Below, piece after piece: positions 1-13,527 of a stretch of DNA of 64,000 nucleotides. The notes under the pieces are model-generated. The model was not told the origin of the DNA. It ran no database searches and was given only the letters and a program-made list of their open reading frames with translations. The stretch is from Tubulanus polymorphus (lineage: Eukaryota; Animalia; Nemertea), in the NCBI RefSeq assembly GCF_964204645.1, contig NC_134034.1, positions 13,839,062 through 13,903,061 on the forward strand, in the 5' to 3' direction. The translations under genes were made by a program, and so were the position numbers. The first letter of the stretch is position 1; every line of letters starts with the position of its first letter.

Positions 1-697
1 GACTTAGTACTTAATTCAACAGTTCTAAGAGGAGTATAGGAGATACGCTATGGTTAGCAGACGGTTTTCTGCACCAAGCCCTATGCCGATAGGGCCATTT
101 GTTGAGTACGTGCACATCTATGGTGGGTGGGTTAAAATTTGGCCATATCTGCCTTTGTACAATACACACATATTATGTATAATACTGTTAGAATCTACTA
201 TTGTACAAAATTACATTTATGAGAAGGGGGTTGATAATAATCAGATTTCACATACATTTGTATAAACTTCTCAGGTCTCCATCAGACCAGTCTCTACATC
301 TTATTGAGGAATACACTGTAGAAATGGCTCCAGTATTAGATTCTAGTATTACTGCTGCGTGGATAACGTAGTAAAATAATCCCAGATCGTATCAATCAGG
401 CCTATCAGAATCCTCCTATACGAGGTCGACCTACACAGAAAACACTCTAGTTACCTCTCATCTCGGTTTGTCATCCTCGTAATGTATCTATCATTGTCCG
501 TTTATATCGAATTAGGCCAAAAATGGCGGCTTGATTTATTAAATAACGACCATATTGGGTGTCGGTAGGCCTAGCGTTAACCAACAACCCAATATTATAT
601 TTATTTATTCTATCAATTCACGCGTCAAACTTTAGATTAGTAAGAGTACAATTGTACACCAGATTCCACGAAAATACCATTCTTTATAATGCGTTAA

Positions 698-833
698 CAA
701 GGTGGCCACTTTCCACCCATTTTCAAATCCCCTCATTTTTCAATGTTTACACATTTAAGGTTCAAAACGTTCATTAATTTTTCAGATTCCCTGAGTATTT
801 TTTCCAGGTATTGCAGGTTAGTGACCACCTTTG
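698..833. mobile_element. Short MITE-like element
   Basis: Inverted termini AAGGTGGCCACT ... AGTGACCACCTT; related CCCTGA-rich remnant at about 26520-26600. Confidence 0.4.
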
Positions 834-1066
834 TTAAAATATTCTTCTTGGCCCGACAGACTTTCACTGCGCTAATCAAGCATAATTAGCTAAAGGAATC
901 TGAGGGGCCGTTCGAGGGCGCCTTGCCCCGCGCTACTCGGGAACTGGTTTAAATGCTTCAGACAATCAGGGATTTGAACCCAATGAAAACAAAACGTCAA
1001 CAACGTAAGAATATAAATACTTTATTGTTCGAAATAACGAATTTAAACTCGACCTATAAACAATAA

Positions 1067-1067
1067 G

Positions 1068-1093
<26 letters not shown>
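1067..1093. repeat. (TA)n microsatellite in the 3' UTR of the zinc-finger gene
   Basis: Direct reading. Confidence 0.95.
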
Positions 1094-1099
<6 letters not shown>

Positions 1100-1627
1100 C
1101 TGAAATAGAAACATTCATTCAACAAAATTAAATCATTTAAAAATTAAACCATCCACTTTCGCAGCCGAATTCAACCAGTCCATTCTCTGAACTGTTATCA
1201 ATTTTCTTCAACGTTGATGAAAAACCTTCACACAGCAACGCGAGATCATCCACAAAACTTTGCGAATTCGTTCTTAGCATTTAAAACAATTTCTCTCAAT
1301 TAGACACAGGGTTCATACGTACTTACTCCTAATTAGTCAATCACGAGAATATGAAGAATTTTCAATGAATATTCGAGGAGAGAATGTCTTCAATTCGAGC
1401 AGGTTTACGTCTACGGGTACATTTTAACGATCATCTTTGCATTTCCAAAATCTAATCAGGATTTAGAGCAATTTCTCAAAATTGTAGAAAATTTGAGGTC
1501 CACTTCTCGAAAATTCAATGTTCAATTAAGCAGAGTTCTCAAACGATCGAGAAGCAGTACGAACCCGGTTAAACAAGACGCAGCCCGAATTCCAAATAGA
1601 AATCTTTGAATTGTAAGTGTTTATTTT

Positions 1628-4600
1628 TCATCGTATCTTATTTTCGCTTACCGAATTTTCTTGCGACTTTTTGTTCTCTCGGAAAAGTTGAATGGCCAAA
1701 CCAACGGCTTCTTCGATACTTTTACTACCGGCTTCGATCTGTAATTTGAATATTTTTGCACCGATGTTAACGCTGTGCACGGCGGTCAAATAGCAGCGAG
1801 GGGAAAATACAAATAAAGATATAAGCCAATACTGACCAGTACATCGACGAGTTGAGTGACCGTTTGGTGGTCGACATCGCGCGGCAATTTAGCCAATAAC
1901 GCCAGTTTTCTAAACAGAAAAATAATACAAAATTGCTAAAAAGTACAAAAGTTCAGTAATCCCAACTTAATCCAGATCAAGCAACATTTTATAAAATGAA
2001 GCTCTTTGCTCCGATTCAACTCATCACCCCATCCACACTTGAACCAGATAAACCCCTCTTCACAAAGCCAAGGCATTAATGCACTCCAGCACTTTGGTTT
2101 CAATTGATCATCATTGAGAGGGAGACTTTTTCGACCCCCTATTTCGCTACCCCCTATTTCGTAAAGCTTCTTTTGACCTTTTTTTTCAAAAACTTACTTT
2201 TGAGGGTCGAAAGGATCTGGTTGAGTGGGTGATGTCATCGATCTCGCAGGAGGTGGTACTCCACGTATTTGAGGGGGCGGGGACCGAGGACGTCCGTAAT
2301 AACTGAAATAACAAAATCATAAGTACATCATCATCTGAATATTGGAAATATGTATATGAATGTAACAGGTTCCAGAAGAATGATAAGAAATTAGAATTTT
2401 CAAACTGTTTTCAGTGGTTCACAGCCGACCACTTAAATTCAAAAACTAACTATTTGTCACACAAATTTTATTCAAATTACTTTTCCATTAAATTGCTTAG
2501 CAAAAACTATTCCAAAGTACGCGCAGTTATCAACATACAACAAACTAACTGTTTCAGGTGGATTTTCAAAGGAAAATTTTTACAACTATGCATCAATATT
2601 CAATGACCTTTTTCAAAATATCGGGCAATAATTAATTGTTTTAGGTCCAAATACTAACAAAGAGTCTAAAAGAGTTTCAAAGCAAATAACGAGGACTTTT
2701 CAACATACCTGGGCGGTGGAACGGGCTGTGGAGGGTATCCTACCAGCGGGGGAGGAGGTGAATACGGAACTCGTCTCATCGGGGCGCGCCCGTAATGATC
2801 ATCCATCGGTATTCCCCGATACGACGACGATGACGTTCCGAGAGACGGCGATCGTGATCTACAAACAATCAAACACAAGTCATTAGGTTCTGATCTACGT
2901 TTACTCATAGTTGGGGATAGAGCTATTATTATATGTTTTAATTGTTGAAAATTGACCGATAAGCATTTTGAGAATAAAGCAGAGTTAGTTAACATTGCCA
3001 GCCAATCAGGAACCGTGCGATGCACGTTGTTTTGCCTGACTTGATCTGCTATTAACACAGTGAAATACATCAGACATAAACAGATCCAACCATCTTAACA
3101 TATTTCCCTAATTTTCTGAATTTTAGCTTTTTTTACACAATTCCCTAATTTTTTTAGAAGATAAGAAAGTTGTTACATTCTGTAGGTTGTAAGTAACGAA
3201 CCTGTATCGAGGAGAAGGACTTCGCCTCGGACTCGGCGGTCGTCGTGGATATGACTGTTTAGGAGTCGGAGATCGCGAGTACGTCCTGCGTCTGCGCGGC
3301 GGCGGAGACGGCGTCCGCCTGCGACGTTTCGGGGCCGGGCTACGCTGACGCGGACTCGGTGACCGAGGGCGACGGAGCGGCGGAGATCGTCTACGCGGCG
3401 GAGGCGAACGAGATCTCGAACGAGACTCGCTAGAACTGCGATAATCATTGTCATGGTAACTACGCAGTCGATTTCCAATACGTCCACCTAGAAAATATGG
3501 AAACATCACACGATTAAACAACAATAGAATTACATCACTTCATGATGTTGTCGAGGTGTGGTTCCCGGAGCGCCCTCTATGAACAGTAATCTCACCTCTG
3601 TCAAGGTGTGGTTCCCGGAGCGCCCTCTATGAACAGTAATCTTACCTCTATCGAGACGATTCCCTCCGCGACCGCGATTCGGTTTACGAATCGGCGGTAC
3701 TTTCTCTACCGGCGACGGGAAGTGAATCTCGTAGATTCGTTCTTGGAACAGCGACGGCGGAATACGTTGGTTTTTTAGCGCAGCCGAAAATTCGCTGAAA
3801 AACTCGATCGGTTCGCCTTTCACAACTTCCTGTTCTTCGTACGCTTCGTACATCGTCGGTAAATCTGTTAAAACAGCAAATCATCAACAATAGTTTTCGA
3901 TCGGCTTCACTTTTCACACATTCCATTATTCAATCTACTTTATTTGATTCTATTCAGCAACAAATTTATCAATAGGGATATTTTCAATCCTATCCAGTTT
4001 CTCGTCTTTTTACTAAATCAGTTTTATCCCCAGCAAGTTTCACACATCTCGTTATCTGGATTCATTTATCTGTAGCTAGGTTTTTCATTCACTCACCGAC
4101 AGGTTTGTCTTCATCCTCTTTCAATTCGTCGACGGACTTTTTCGCGACGTCGCGATCGGAAACTTTCTGCGTTCGCATCGGTTTCTGTTTGACGAACTTC
4201 TGAATATCGCGGGCGACCGACGAAAGTTTGTCCAATTTCTTCACTTTATCCGTATCCATCCATTTGAATTTCGTGTATAATTTCGGGAATTCGGCTTGCT
4301 GTTTTAAAACAACAATAAAACATGCAAACTAAGGTGAACGCAACCATTTTAAGGCTCACTATTTTACGCAAATCTTAGCAAGAAATTTCAGGTAAAATTC
4401 CATTAAAGCATTAACGATACCAATCTAAACAGTGAGTTACTTGACACAGATTGATTTGTAGCTTTTAATTGTTTTCATTCACATGTTTGCGATATGACAC
4501 CGGCTCCACAGTATTATTATGAAATTGAAGTATTCTACTAACCAAATATCTGAGTAGATGCATCGTACTTTGAAGATGATACGTAATTGTCTCCGTCGAC

Positions 4601-7600
4601 ATTTTACGTTCGCACATGTCACAAATATAACGACATTGCATGTATTTATTTTCCGGTTGGAATTCCATGAGGTAATCCAATCCTACAAAACAACATCGCA
4701 AATAATATCAATATTTATATCCTACGAACAACGAACGCTGTGAGTTTAGAGTTTTAGATTCTAGAGAAAGTAGAGATTTTTTAAACAAAATTCCCCAACT
4801 ATTACCAGAGAGAGGGGAGAGGGAGAGAGGGAGAGGGAGAGAGAGGGAGGGAGAGAGAGGGAGGGAGCGGGAGAGAGAGGGAGGGAGAGGAGAGAGGGAG
4901 AGAGAGGGGAGGGAGAGAGCGAGGGGAGAGGGAGAGAGGGGAGAGGGAGAGAGAGGGAAGAGGGAGGGAGGGAGAGGGAGGGGAGATAGGGAGAGAGGGA
5001 AATGGAAGAGAGGGAGAGGACCAACTATTCCCTGATTTTCCTGTTTAATCAAGAGAATCGTCTGTTCTCGTTCTCTCACCTAACAAAGGTTCGTTCGACG
5101 ATCGCGAAGCTTCCGCGACGTCGAACGTTTTCAATTTGCGTCCGTTATCGTCAGATGTAACCTTCGTCTCAACGGCGACGACCTCGACGGCAGACGGCGA
5201 TTTTTCCCGCGGCTTCGATTTCTGTTTCTTTTCGGTCGTTTTTTCGGAATCAGTTTTCGCCGGCTGTTCTTCTTCGGTGCCAGGTGGCGCCGGTTGCTGC
5301 GAACCAGGTGGCGCTGGTTGTGCAGTGATTATTTTCGGTTTGCGTTTCGCCATGTTCTCATTCGCCAGGTGAAGTTTTCCCTTTTTATGGAGGTCAAGGT
5401 TCTTTTCGCTCATACACGATATACCACACAACTGAAATTAGAGACAAAATTCTGAAAATTGAGAACTTTTTTACATCCCCACAACCCGCTGAGTGTAACT
5501 CTGGGCAGGTTTGGGGTTCCTTCCCCACAAACATCTTCATGCCACTCAGGGTACATTAAACAGGTTCAAGTTTTTCCTGCTCCAATAGGGGGCGGGGTGG
5601 GGGAAGAGGCCAGAAGTTTAAATCTACATCTTACTGACCTCACAACGGAATTCTTTCTTCAGATTTTCTACTTTATTTTCTTTCGTCGGTTTCTTCTTCT
5701 CTTCAGGAGCAGACGACGGTTTGGCGCCGAATTCGTCTTTAATCTTCTGAATTTGTTTCGCAATTTTCTCCTCTTTTTTCATTCGTCTTTCGAGTTTTTG
5801 CACGTGGACCAAACTGTCGCAATGCACCTTCAAAGCCTGCAATGAACATCGAGAATGTAATAAACTCGATCTCGCATCAGTATTTCATGGACGCAGCAGC
5901 TATCGTCGTCAGGAAAATGATAAATCTGATGAATGTCATCGGGTTGAATATTTTCCACGACATCAGGAGTTTTAAAGGTCAAAATACATCTCGTATGACT
6001 GACATAAATTATTGGATTCTGTTTGAAACATTTGTCTGTTCAGGAAGTGTCCTTCGAATAATTACGTAATTAGATGATGTCACAGGTGGATAATGAAGGT
6101 GGATAATGAAGGTGGATTATGGTGGTGGATAATGAAGGTGGATAATGAAGGTGGATTATGAAGGTGGATAATGAAGGTGGATTATGAAGGTGGATAATGA
6201 AGGTGGATTATGAAGGTGGATAATGAAGGTGGATTATGAAGGTGGATAATGAAGGTGGATTATGAAGGTGGATTATGAAGGTGGATTATGAAGGTGGATT
6301 ATGAAGGTGGATAATGAAGGTGGATTATGAAGGTGGATTATGAAGGTGGATTATGAAGGTGGATTATGAAGGTGGATTATGAAGGTGGATTATGGTGGTG
6401 GATTATGAAGGTGGATAATGAAGGTGGATTATGAAGGTGGATTATGAAGGTGGATTATGAAGGTGGATTATGAAGGTGGATTATGAAGGTGGATTATGAA
6501 GGTGGATAATGAAGGTGGATTATGAAGGTGGATTATGAAGGTGGATTATGAAGGTGGATTATGAAGGTGGATTATGAAGGTGGATTATGAAGGTGGATAA
6601 TGAAGGTGGATTATGAAGGTGGATTATGAAGGTGGATTATGAAGGTGGATTATGAAGGTGGATTATGAAGGATTATAAAACGTACCTCTTCACTGTCGAA
6701 ACTCATCTGACACAATCCACAGAATATTGTCTGCTTGTTTTCTATAGTGATTCCAGTAGGTGTCGCCGGTGGTATATTCATTACAGCAGCAGCTACAGCT
6801 GCCGGTGTATTCGCAGGTGCCGGTATTCCGGGTATAGGTGCCGGAGGCATGCCCAACTGGTTATTCGGAGCCGGGCCACCGAGCATCATGGGTGCATCAA
6901 CAGGCATTCCGTTTATCATTTCCGGATGCGGAGACATCATCGCCGATGGCTGCGGTGGACCTCCGGGAGGTAGGTGGCGCGGCGGTCCTTGCTGCATTCC
7001 GGGCGGCCTCATACCGGGAGGTCTGAGCAGCGGTCGCGGTCCGGGCGGTCCCATCGGTGGCCTCATACCCATAGGCGGCCTCATACCCATCGGTGGCCTC
7101 ATACCCATACCAGGTGGTGGGCCACCGCGCATACCAGGCGGACCCATATCCATACCCTGCGGGCCCATATCCATACCGGGCGGGCCCATGGGTATCCCAG
7201 GCGGCCCCATATCCTGCGGTTCCGGGTAACTATCAACTCCTGCAGCTGGTGGGTTCACATTAATATCAAATATGCTGACAGGATTATGTACGCTGTCTAA
7301 TCCCGGTCCATGACCTGAAATTTATCATTTTACAATTTCAACGGTGTCAAATTCAACTACAAAAACAACTTAAAAATTTTGTAAACAATTTCTTACCTCC
7401 AACTGCACCGAAATTTTGCCTGGCTTCCTGTTGCTGTCTGGCGGCTTCTTGCCTTGCTTTTCTAGCATTTTCCATTTCTTGTTTTCTGAGAAACTGAAGT
7501 TAAAGAAGAACGCAAGAAATGAGCGAGATACTTACAATAGAAAACACCGGACATTAGAGCAGCAGACTTTCAGAATATGGTTGTTCAGCGTCGAGGGCCG

Positions 7601-10600
7601 TCGTTCCAGAACTTACTCTTTTGCCTTGTTCAATAAGATCAGCGTAGTCCTTCGTACTCTGTATGTTAACTGATCCCACATTCTCAACGTTTTCCTTTTC
7701 TACAGCTTTCATCATGTGCATCGTTCCTCGTAAGTGAACAACATAAATCTATACATAAAACATATCGATTCATTCATCCAGAAACTGACAATTCTGTAGC
7801 GGTTTCATTATAGGATATTTTACTGAATTTTCAGCAGTCATCGAGAATGAGAAAGTCGTCATTAAAGATTTTTGAAGTAAGTCGTCATAATTTTCATTGA
7901 AGATTTATGAAGTCATCATAATTTTACTGAATCGCGAAGTCTTTGAGATTGACAGGTCATCATCGGTAACTAATCATAAATTTACTGAATCATTGAGAAT
8001 GAGAAAGTCTTCATAAGTAACTATCCATAATTGATTTCACTGAATCCATGAAATCAATGTGAAGTTAAAATATTTTTACCTGTTTGTTGCGAAATTTCTC
8101 ATTGCAAATCTCGCAATAGTTCTGTCCTTCATTAGGAGGCAATTCGCGTTGGTCCTGTTGCCACGGGAACGGCCCGATACCTTCCGGTGCATCGTACTAA
8201 AAAAGTTCAAACATATTCTTCAATCCAAAATTGATCAGTTGCCAAAATAAACATGGCCGAAATGAAGGATTTCGAGTCAAAACCGCTTATTAGGTTATTT
8301 ATCCGTCATCCAATTTCCTTGTCGATAACCAGAAAATTGAATCAGAAATCCCACCAATGATCAAGTTCATAATAAACTAATTTTGAAAGGAATGATTTAC
8401 TCACCTGACAAGGCGGCGGAGTCGGTAATTCAAAGTCGTCGGAGCAGACGTATTTCGTCGTTTCCGTTTCGAGCGTCTCTTTACTCGGTAACAATGAGCC
8501 ATCCGGTGAAAACGAGTAATTATGTTTCGGCGGTCGTTCCCAAGGTTTACGCGGAGCGAACTGCTGAAACCGACGATTTCCTTGGTTACCGCCTCTACCT
8601 TGGCCGTGACCTTGAAGATAATAGCGATGTAGATGATAAATATGACGTCAAATGATTACATTAATATTAGAAATCAAATAACGCACCAAATTTAATCGAG
8701 TCCTAACTGTATCCATTTAGGGGCAGTTTATTGAAACTATACAAACATTTCTAATTTCCTATTTCTCAAAATTGAATGAGTTTTTAAGGAGTTTATTCTG
8801 TTCAAATGAAAGAATATCAAGCATTTTTCTGTTGAGAAGGAGTTTATTAAAAGGAATCTAGTTGCAGTATCAATATTTACACAACTTACCATCGTGTTGC
8901 ATTTGTCGCCCGAATTCACGAGGAGGTCGTCTCATCTGCTGAATGTGGTTCCCGCGACCGAACCCTCCTCTATCACTAAACCCTCCGCGTCTGTTACCGT
9001 GGTCCCCGTAACCAGGCTCGTTGTAACCCTGGTCATCGTCATAGTAACCTCCTCTGTGGTCGTCGTGGGGATACTGTTGGTGATGAGACGGAGGCCCGTA
9101 TCGCGGAGGAGGGCCGCCCATCCTGGGTGGAGGCAGCTGACGACCGCCCATCGGATACTGATGCGACTGCTGCTGATGCATCATGGGAGGTGGTCCTTGT
9201 TGTTGCTGTTGCATCATGGGACCTGAATTTGGCATGTTGCCAGACATCATTTCTTGCATTTGATTTCCGGCGCCCTGAATTCAATAGAAATGATGGATAA
9301 TTAAAAGCCATGGCAACATCGGTTCGTTATATCGCTATCAAATAATAAACTCTTAACCCTTTCAGTGCTGGTTAATCAATACCCTATAGTGCTGGAGATA
9401 ATTTGAAATTTTTTTTTTAGAATTCCACCCTAGTGTGTTGAATAACGGGAATACCACTGTAGTGCCTCTACACCGCGGCGCGGTGTAACGTTAGTTACTA
9501 GTATTTCACTATTTTTGACAAGTGCTGCTATCTTTCAATAGAGACAAAAAACTAATTACTAATTACACCAACTGCGGTGTACTAGCAAAATCCATCACTG
9601 ATTTATACACTGCACTGCAGTGTTGACGCACTGAAAGGATTAAGTAGCTCTACATCAGGCTGGGCTCAGGAACTCTACATCAGGCTGGGCTCAGGAACTC
9701 TACATCAGGCTGGTCATAGGAACTCTGCATCAGGCTGGTCTTTGAGAAACATCAACTTTCTACCTATATAATTACCATTTGTGACATTGTTTGTTGCCAT
9801 TGGTTCATTTGATTGGTGAATTGTTGCCATTGTTGATTTTGCTGCGAGCCCCAATTCATGGAGGACATGTTTGAAAACATTGTCATAGCTGACTGCATCC
9901 ACTGGTACATCTGAGCCATCTGAGACGACAGTGCATTTCCACCACCACCGCCGCCATTATCTGAATATTACATAAATCAATTTTATCTCTTCATTAGTCC
10001 GAATAGATCTAGGAGTTTACCGATAGTGATGGGTGTCGTAGCGATTGCTTACAATTTAATTATCTCCATAGAGTCAATTGTTATAATTTCTATGAACTCA
10101 ACATCACTTTCAGGACTATGAAAAACTGCCATTAAGACTGAACAGGAGACTAGGAGTCTCTTCTACACGGTTAAATGATGTACCTGGTTGTTGATGCTGC
10201 TGCAGATGATGCTGCTGCTGCTGCTGCGGCTGTTGTTGTTGAACTGGTTGTTGTGGCCGGTCTTTCTGCTGTTGTTGTTGTTGCATGTTTTGATACGCTG
10301 TCATCCAATGAGTCAGATTCTGATAATACTGCTGCCATTGTTCCTGTATGCTCTGTGGAGTTGATGACGAGGAACCTGGTGCCTGCTGCTGCTGCTGCTG
10401 GGAGCCTGTAACCATCGAAAAAATATCTCAAAGATCATTTTTTTTCATCCCTAAACCTGCTGAGCGAATTATTAGGTATTTCAAGGATTCTCTTTCATAA
10501 CGCTCGTAATGTATTCATGATCTATGTGTGAGTGCTATCCAATAAACTTTAGATATTGAAATGGAGCGAGGACACTCTGCATTGATTCGAAATTGAAGGG

Positions 10601-11089
10601 TTTTTATTCAATAAGTGAATATACCTTGATGAGTATACTGCTGTTGATTTGGATACTGGACCAATTGTTGTTGTTGCTGTGGGGAATAACCTACGTACAA
10701 AAAAAAATAAAGGCCTTATCGTTATACGGTTCAGGTGTCCGGACCAAAATGCAACCGGACTAAACCACGGAGTGCGGTTACACAGCCTCGACAACTATCT
10801 CTCAAATCATCTCGAACAGAGATATTCTAGGCTTACGTCAGGGTTCCAATAAACCAGGATCTGTGAACGAAGACTTTGCAGTATACAGTACAAAATAGAT
10901 ATTATAACGATGGTTTCATTTAGACTGCACAGTTTCAATTTGAGGTTTCAAACGATTATGAGGAATCCCCAAAAAATCGATTCACTAACAAAGCAGGCCT
11001 AGAGAGGGCTAGGCTAGAATCTTACCTCCTCCTCGGTGATTGAACTGCTGTTGTCTTTGCCCGTGGTGTCTCGGTGGTGGGCCGTTCAT
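1628..11089 (-). CDS. Multi-exon (about 17 coding exons) nuclear/RNA-binding-type protein: Q- and P/G/M-rich N-half, four widely spaced C2H2 (U1/matrin-like) zinc fingers, RS/SP-rich C-terminal region; last finger resembles the uncharacterised CG7065-like family
   Basis: GT-AG exons join in frame from ATG 11089 (MNGPPPRHHG) to TGA 1628-1630. Fingers split across introns: CEICNEKFRNKQ|IYVVHLRGTMH, CGLCQMSFDSEE|ALKVHCDSLVH, CE|LCGISCMSEKNLDLHKKGKLH, GLDYLME..YICDMC..YHLQSTMHLLRYL. RS exon 3202-3488. Minus-strand AATAAA at 1021-1026. Family name is from recall. Confidence 0.8.
4808..5019. repeat. GA-rich polypurine low-complexity tract (intronic)
   Basis: About 210 bp almost entirely G/A on the + strand. 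Confidence 0.95.
6084..6677. repeat. 13-bp minisatellite (GAAGGTGGATTAT), about 45 copies, intronic, starting just after the 5' splice site at about 6684
   Basis: Direct reading. Confidence 0.95.
9357..9639. mobile_element. piggyBac-type MITE
   Basis: TTAA on both sides (9353-9356, 9640-9643); TIRs CCCTTTCAGTGC / GCACTGAAAGGA. Confidence 0.8.
9648..9740. repeat. 25-bp tandem repeat (CTCTACATCAGGCTGGGCTCAGGAA), about 3.5 copies
   Basis: Direct reading; abuts the piggyBac MITE. Confidence 0.9.
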
Positions 11090-11805
11090 GGTGTTCCCTA
11101 GTAGCTTTGCACCCGTCGAAACCTGCTGAAACTACCCAATAAAAAAAAAGAAAATTGAATTTGATTGAACCGAAGATGAAGCCTGAAAAATCAAGTTATT
11201 CCGCGTAGAATCGATATTTTCAGGATTAATGAAAGTAGAATTCATGAACAAGATATTGAACTCGAGCTTAACAGCTCAATTGGAATGGTCATCTTACCTA
11301 ACTAAGCACTTTAAATCGGTAAAAACGACATGAAAATGCCCCAGCATCGAATTAGCGTCGATTTGAAATGGGTTCGAATCCCGTAAATGCTCAGAATTAC
11401 AATTACAAATGTTTCTCACCCGATGTAATTAATGTATGTATTTATCCCGGTAGCGGGTTCCGGTTTAACGCTATCGATATCGGTCAAGGAAGGATGGCCT
11501 AATTAGCGGTTTATCCGGGACTGAATTCTAATATCGATTCCGAAAAATCCGAATCCACTCGTAGTTGCTAGGTGACGCTGGCCGTGGTAACAGGGTAAAA
11601 AATCAGCTCCGCGGATTTTCACAGTTTTTTGGATACTAACACATTTTTCCAGTCAGCTTTTTAGTAATATACTAACACATTTCTTTTGTGAGAGTGTGTG
11701 GAAAAGTCTCTGAGTGTGACTGGGTGTTAAACAGCAAGTTTTTGTGGCTTCCTGCCAACTAGCTTCCTGGAAAGAGAACAGCTGATCTAAGCAACATGGC
11801 CGACA

Positions 11806-13451
11806 ATGGATTCTATGGAAACTAGAATTCCTGGAAGACGATTGAGCTTGTTTGAAGAGTTGGTTGAAACAGAAATACGAGAAAATACCCCTCCTCATCC
11901 ATCAGTGAGCTCTACGTGTAATTTAGAATTAAGGAAACGCACAAGCGAAGTGAGTTCAAATCTTATTCCTTCCCGAAGTCGTCGAAACGTGAGTAAAGAG
12001 TTTCAAGCAAATCGAAAGAATTTTATTGTCGGGCGGGAACCCGAAATCAACAACGAAGACATGGCTAGTAGAGGGAATGAAAGTATGAACCCCCTTACCC
12101 ACTGGGCTGAGTCAGATTCTGAGGATGAGATAGGGTCCTGGGGAAAAACGGGGGGTAGATTTGAGCAATCTACAACAACAACAACGGACCAACACCAAGT
12201 AAGTCCGAATAGCCGTACAATAAGCCAAGAAACTGCACCTAAAGGCAAACGGTTTTTTGTGCATGTCGAGAAGCGACCAGAATCTAAGTCAGACAGTGTC
12301 AGGAAATCTTTGTCTGACATCATAGCTGAAGCTGCACTAAGCGCAGGTATTTTAGAAACTGTAAATACCCGCGATGATGCACAGGAGAAAAATAAAAGAA
12401 AAAGGGAAGACCATAAAGCAGATGATGAGCTAAGTCAAGCCACGTCTAGACCCAGACTAATTTCACCAGTTAAAAAAGCCAACACCACTCCTGATACTGA
12501 ATTTACTGAAGACAATTATTGTTCAATATGTCAGAAGCCTATTGTATTCTCAAGTTCACTAACATGTACTTTCTGTGAAAAAAGTTTGTGCTCTAGTTGC
12601 TCAAATTTACCAAGCGGTTATGACGTTGATTTAACAAACATGGAGCAGTAATTTGCCGTGAATGTAAAGGAAGAAAAACTGATGAAGGACGACTCACTAG
12701 ATACGCAGATAGGATGGAAAAGATCCTGAAGAACTACGATGAATCAATGGAAAGAATACTGAACAAACTGGAAGAAAAAGCGGACAAATCAACTGTCACT
12801 TCTTTGTCATCAGACGTAACACAATTGAGAGACAGAATTGAGCAACTTAATCTCAATCTCCCGGACGACAGAGTTCATGAGATGATCAATAAAGCTGTAA
12901 ACTTGCAGATTACACAAGGAAACTTGGAGGTAAACGAGACTGTAAAATCAGCAATAGACAAAGAAATCCAAGATGTTCGATGTGAAATTTGGGAGACGGA
13001 AATCAGACGAAATAATATACTGATATATGGCTTACAGGAAGCAAGCGAGGAACAGGTGAAATTAAGGCGTAAAAAAGAGTGGCAAAATCTCTATGGATTT
13101 ATCACCCAGGGCTTAGGTTTAACAGATCTTCATAAACCTAAATTAGTGAACCGTGTAGGACGGTATGAGCAAAATAAATGTCGCCCACTTCGGGTAATAC
13201 TAGCTACAGAACTCGATAAAGAATTGATCATAAACAGATTTATCGAATTAAGGAGAAATGGAGATCCATCTATTACAGGGGTATCTGTATCCAGCGATAG
13301 AACTATGAACCAAAGAAAACACTATCAGAAATTAAGGGAAGAGCTGCAGGAAAGAACAAAAAATGGAGAACGAGGTCTTATCATTCGTGGGAATGATATA
13401 GTCAGTAGATTACCGCCGGCATTTCGTCAAGCAAACCAAAACCAACCATAA
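11806..13451 (+). pseudogene. LINE ORF1 (PHD-like finger, coiled coil, RRM-like/CTD) split by a -1 frameshift near 12635-12645
   Basis: CSIC..CTFC..CSSC in the 11806 ORF; the last pair continues as KHGAVICREC in the frame of the 12714 ORF. RRNNILIYGLQE, RVG, RPLRV and SDRT..QR motifs are typical of CR1/L2 ORF1. Confidence 0.8.
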
Positions 13452-13527
13452 GGACAATCAACCAGACAAATCACTGTCAGAAAAATTTTTAAGAAAAAAT
13501 GATCAAAATCTGAAAAGTAACCAATCA

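Noticed and set aside
7494-7616. Poison alternative donor (GTAAG at about 7535) adding a stop codon
   Set aside because: Would leave an intron of only about 42 nt; no other support
11370-11383. tRNA gene at isolated GGTTCGAATCCC (also about 48226)
   Set aside because: B-box-like motif only; no A box or cloverleaf
12630-12650. Programmed -1 ribosomal frameshift in LINE ORF1
   Set aside because: No XXXYYYZ slippery site; a single-base loss explains it
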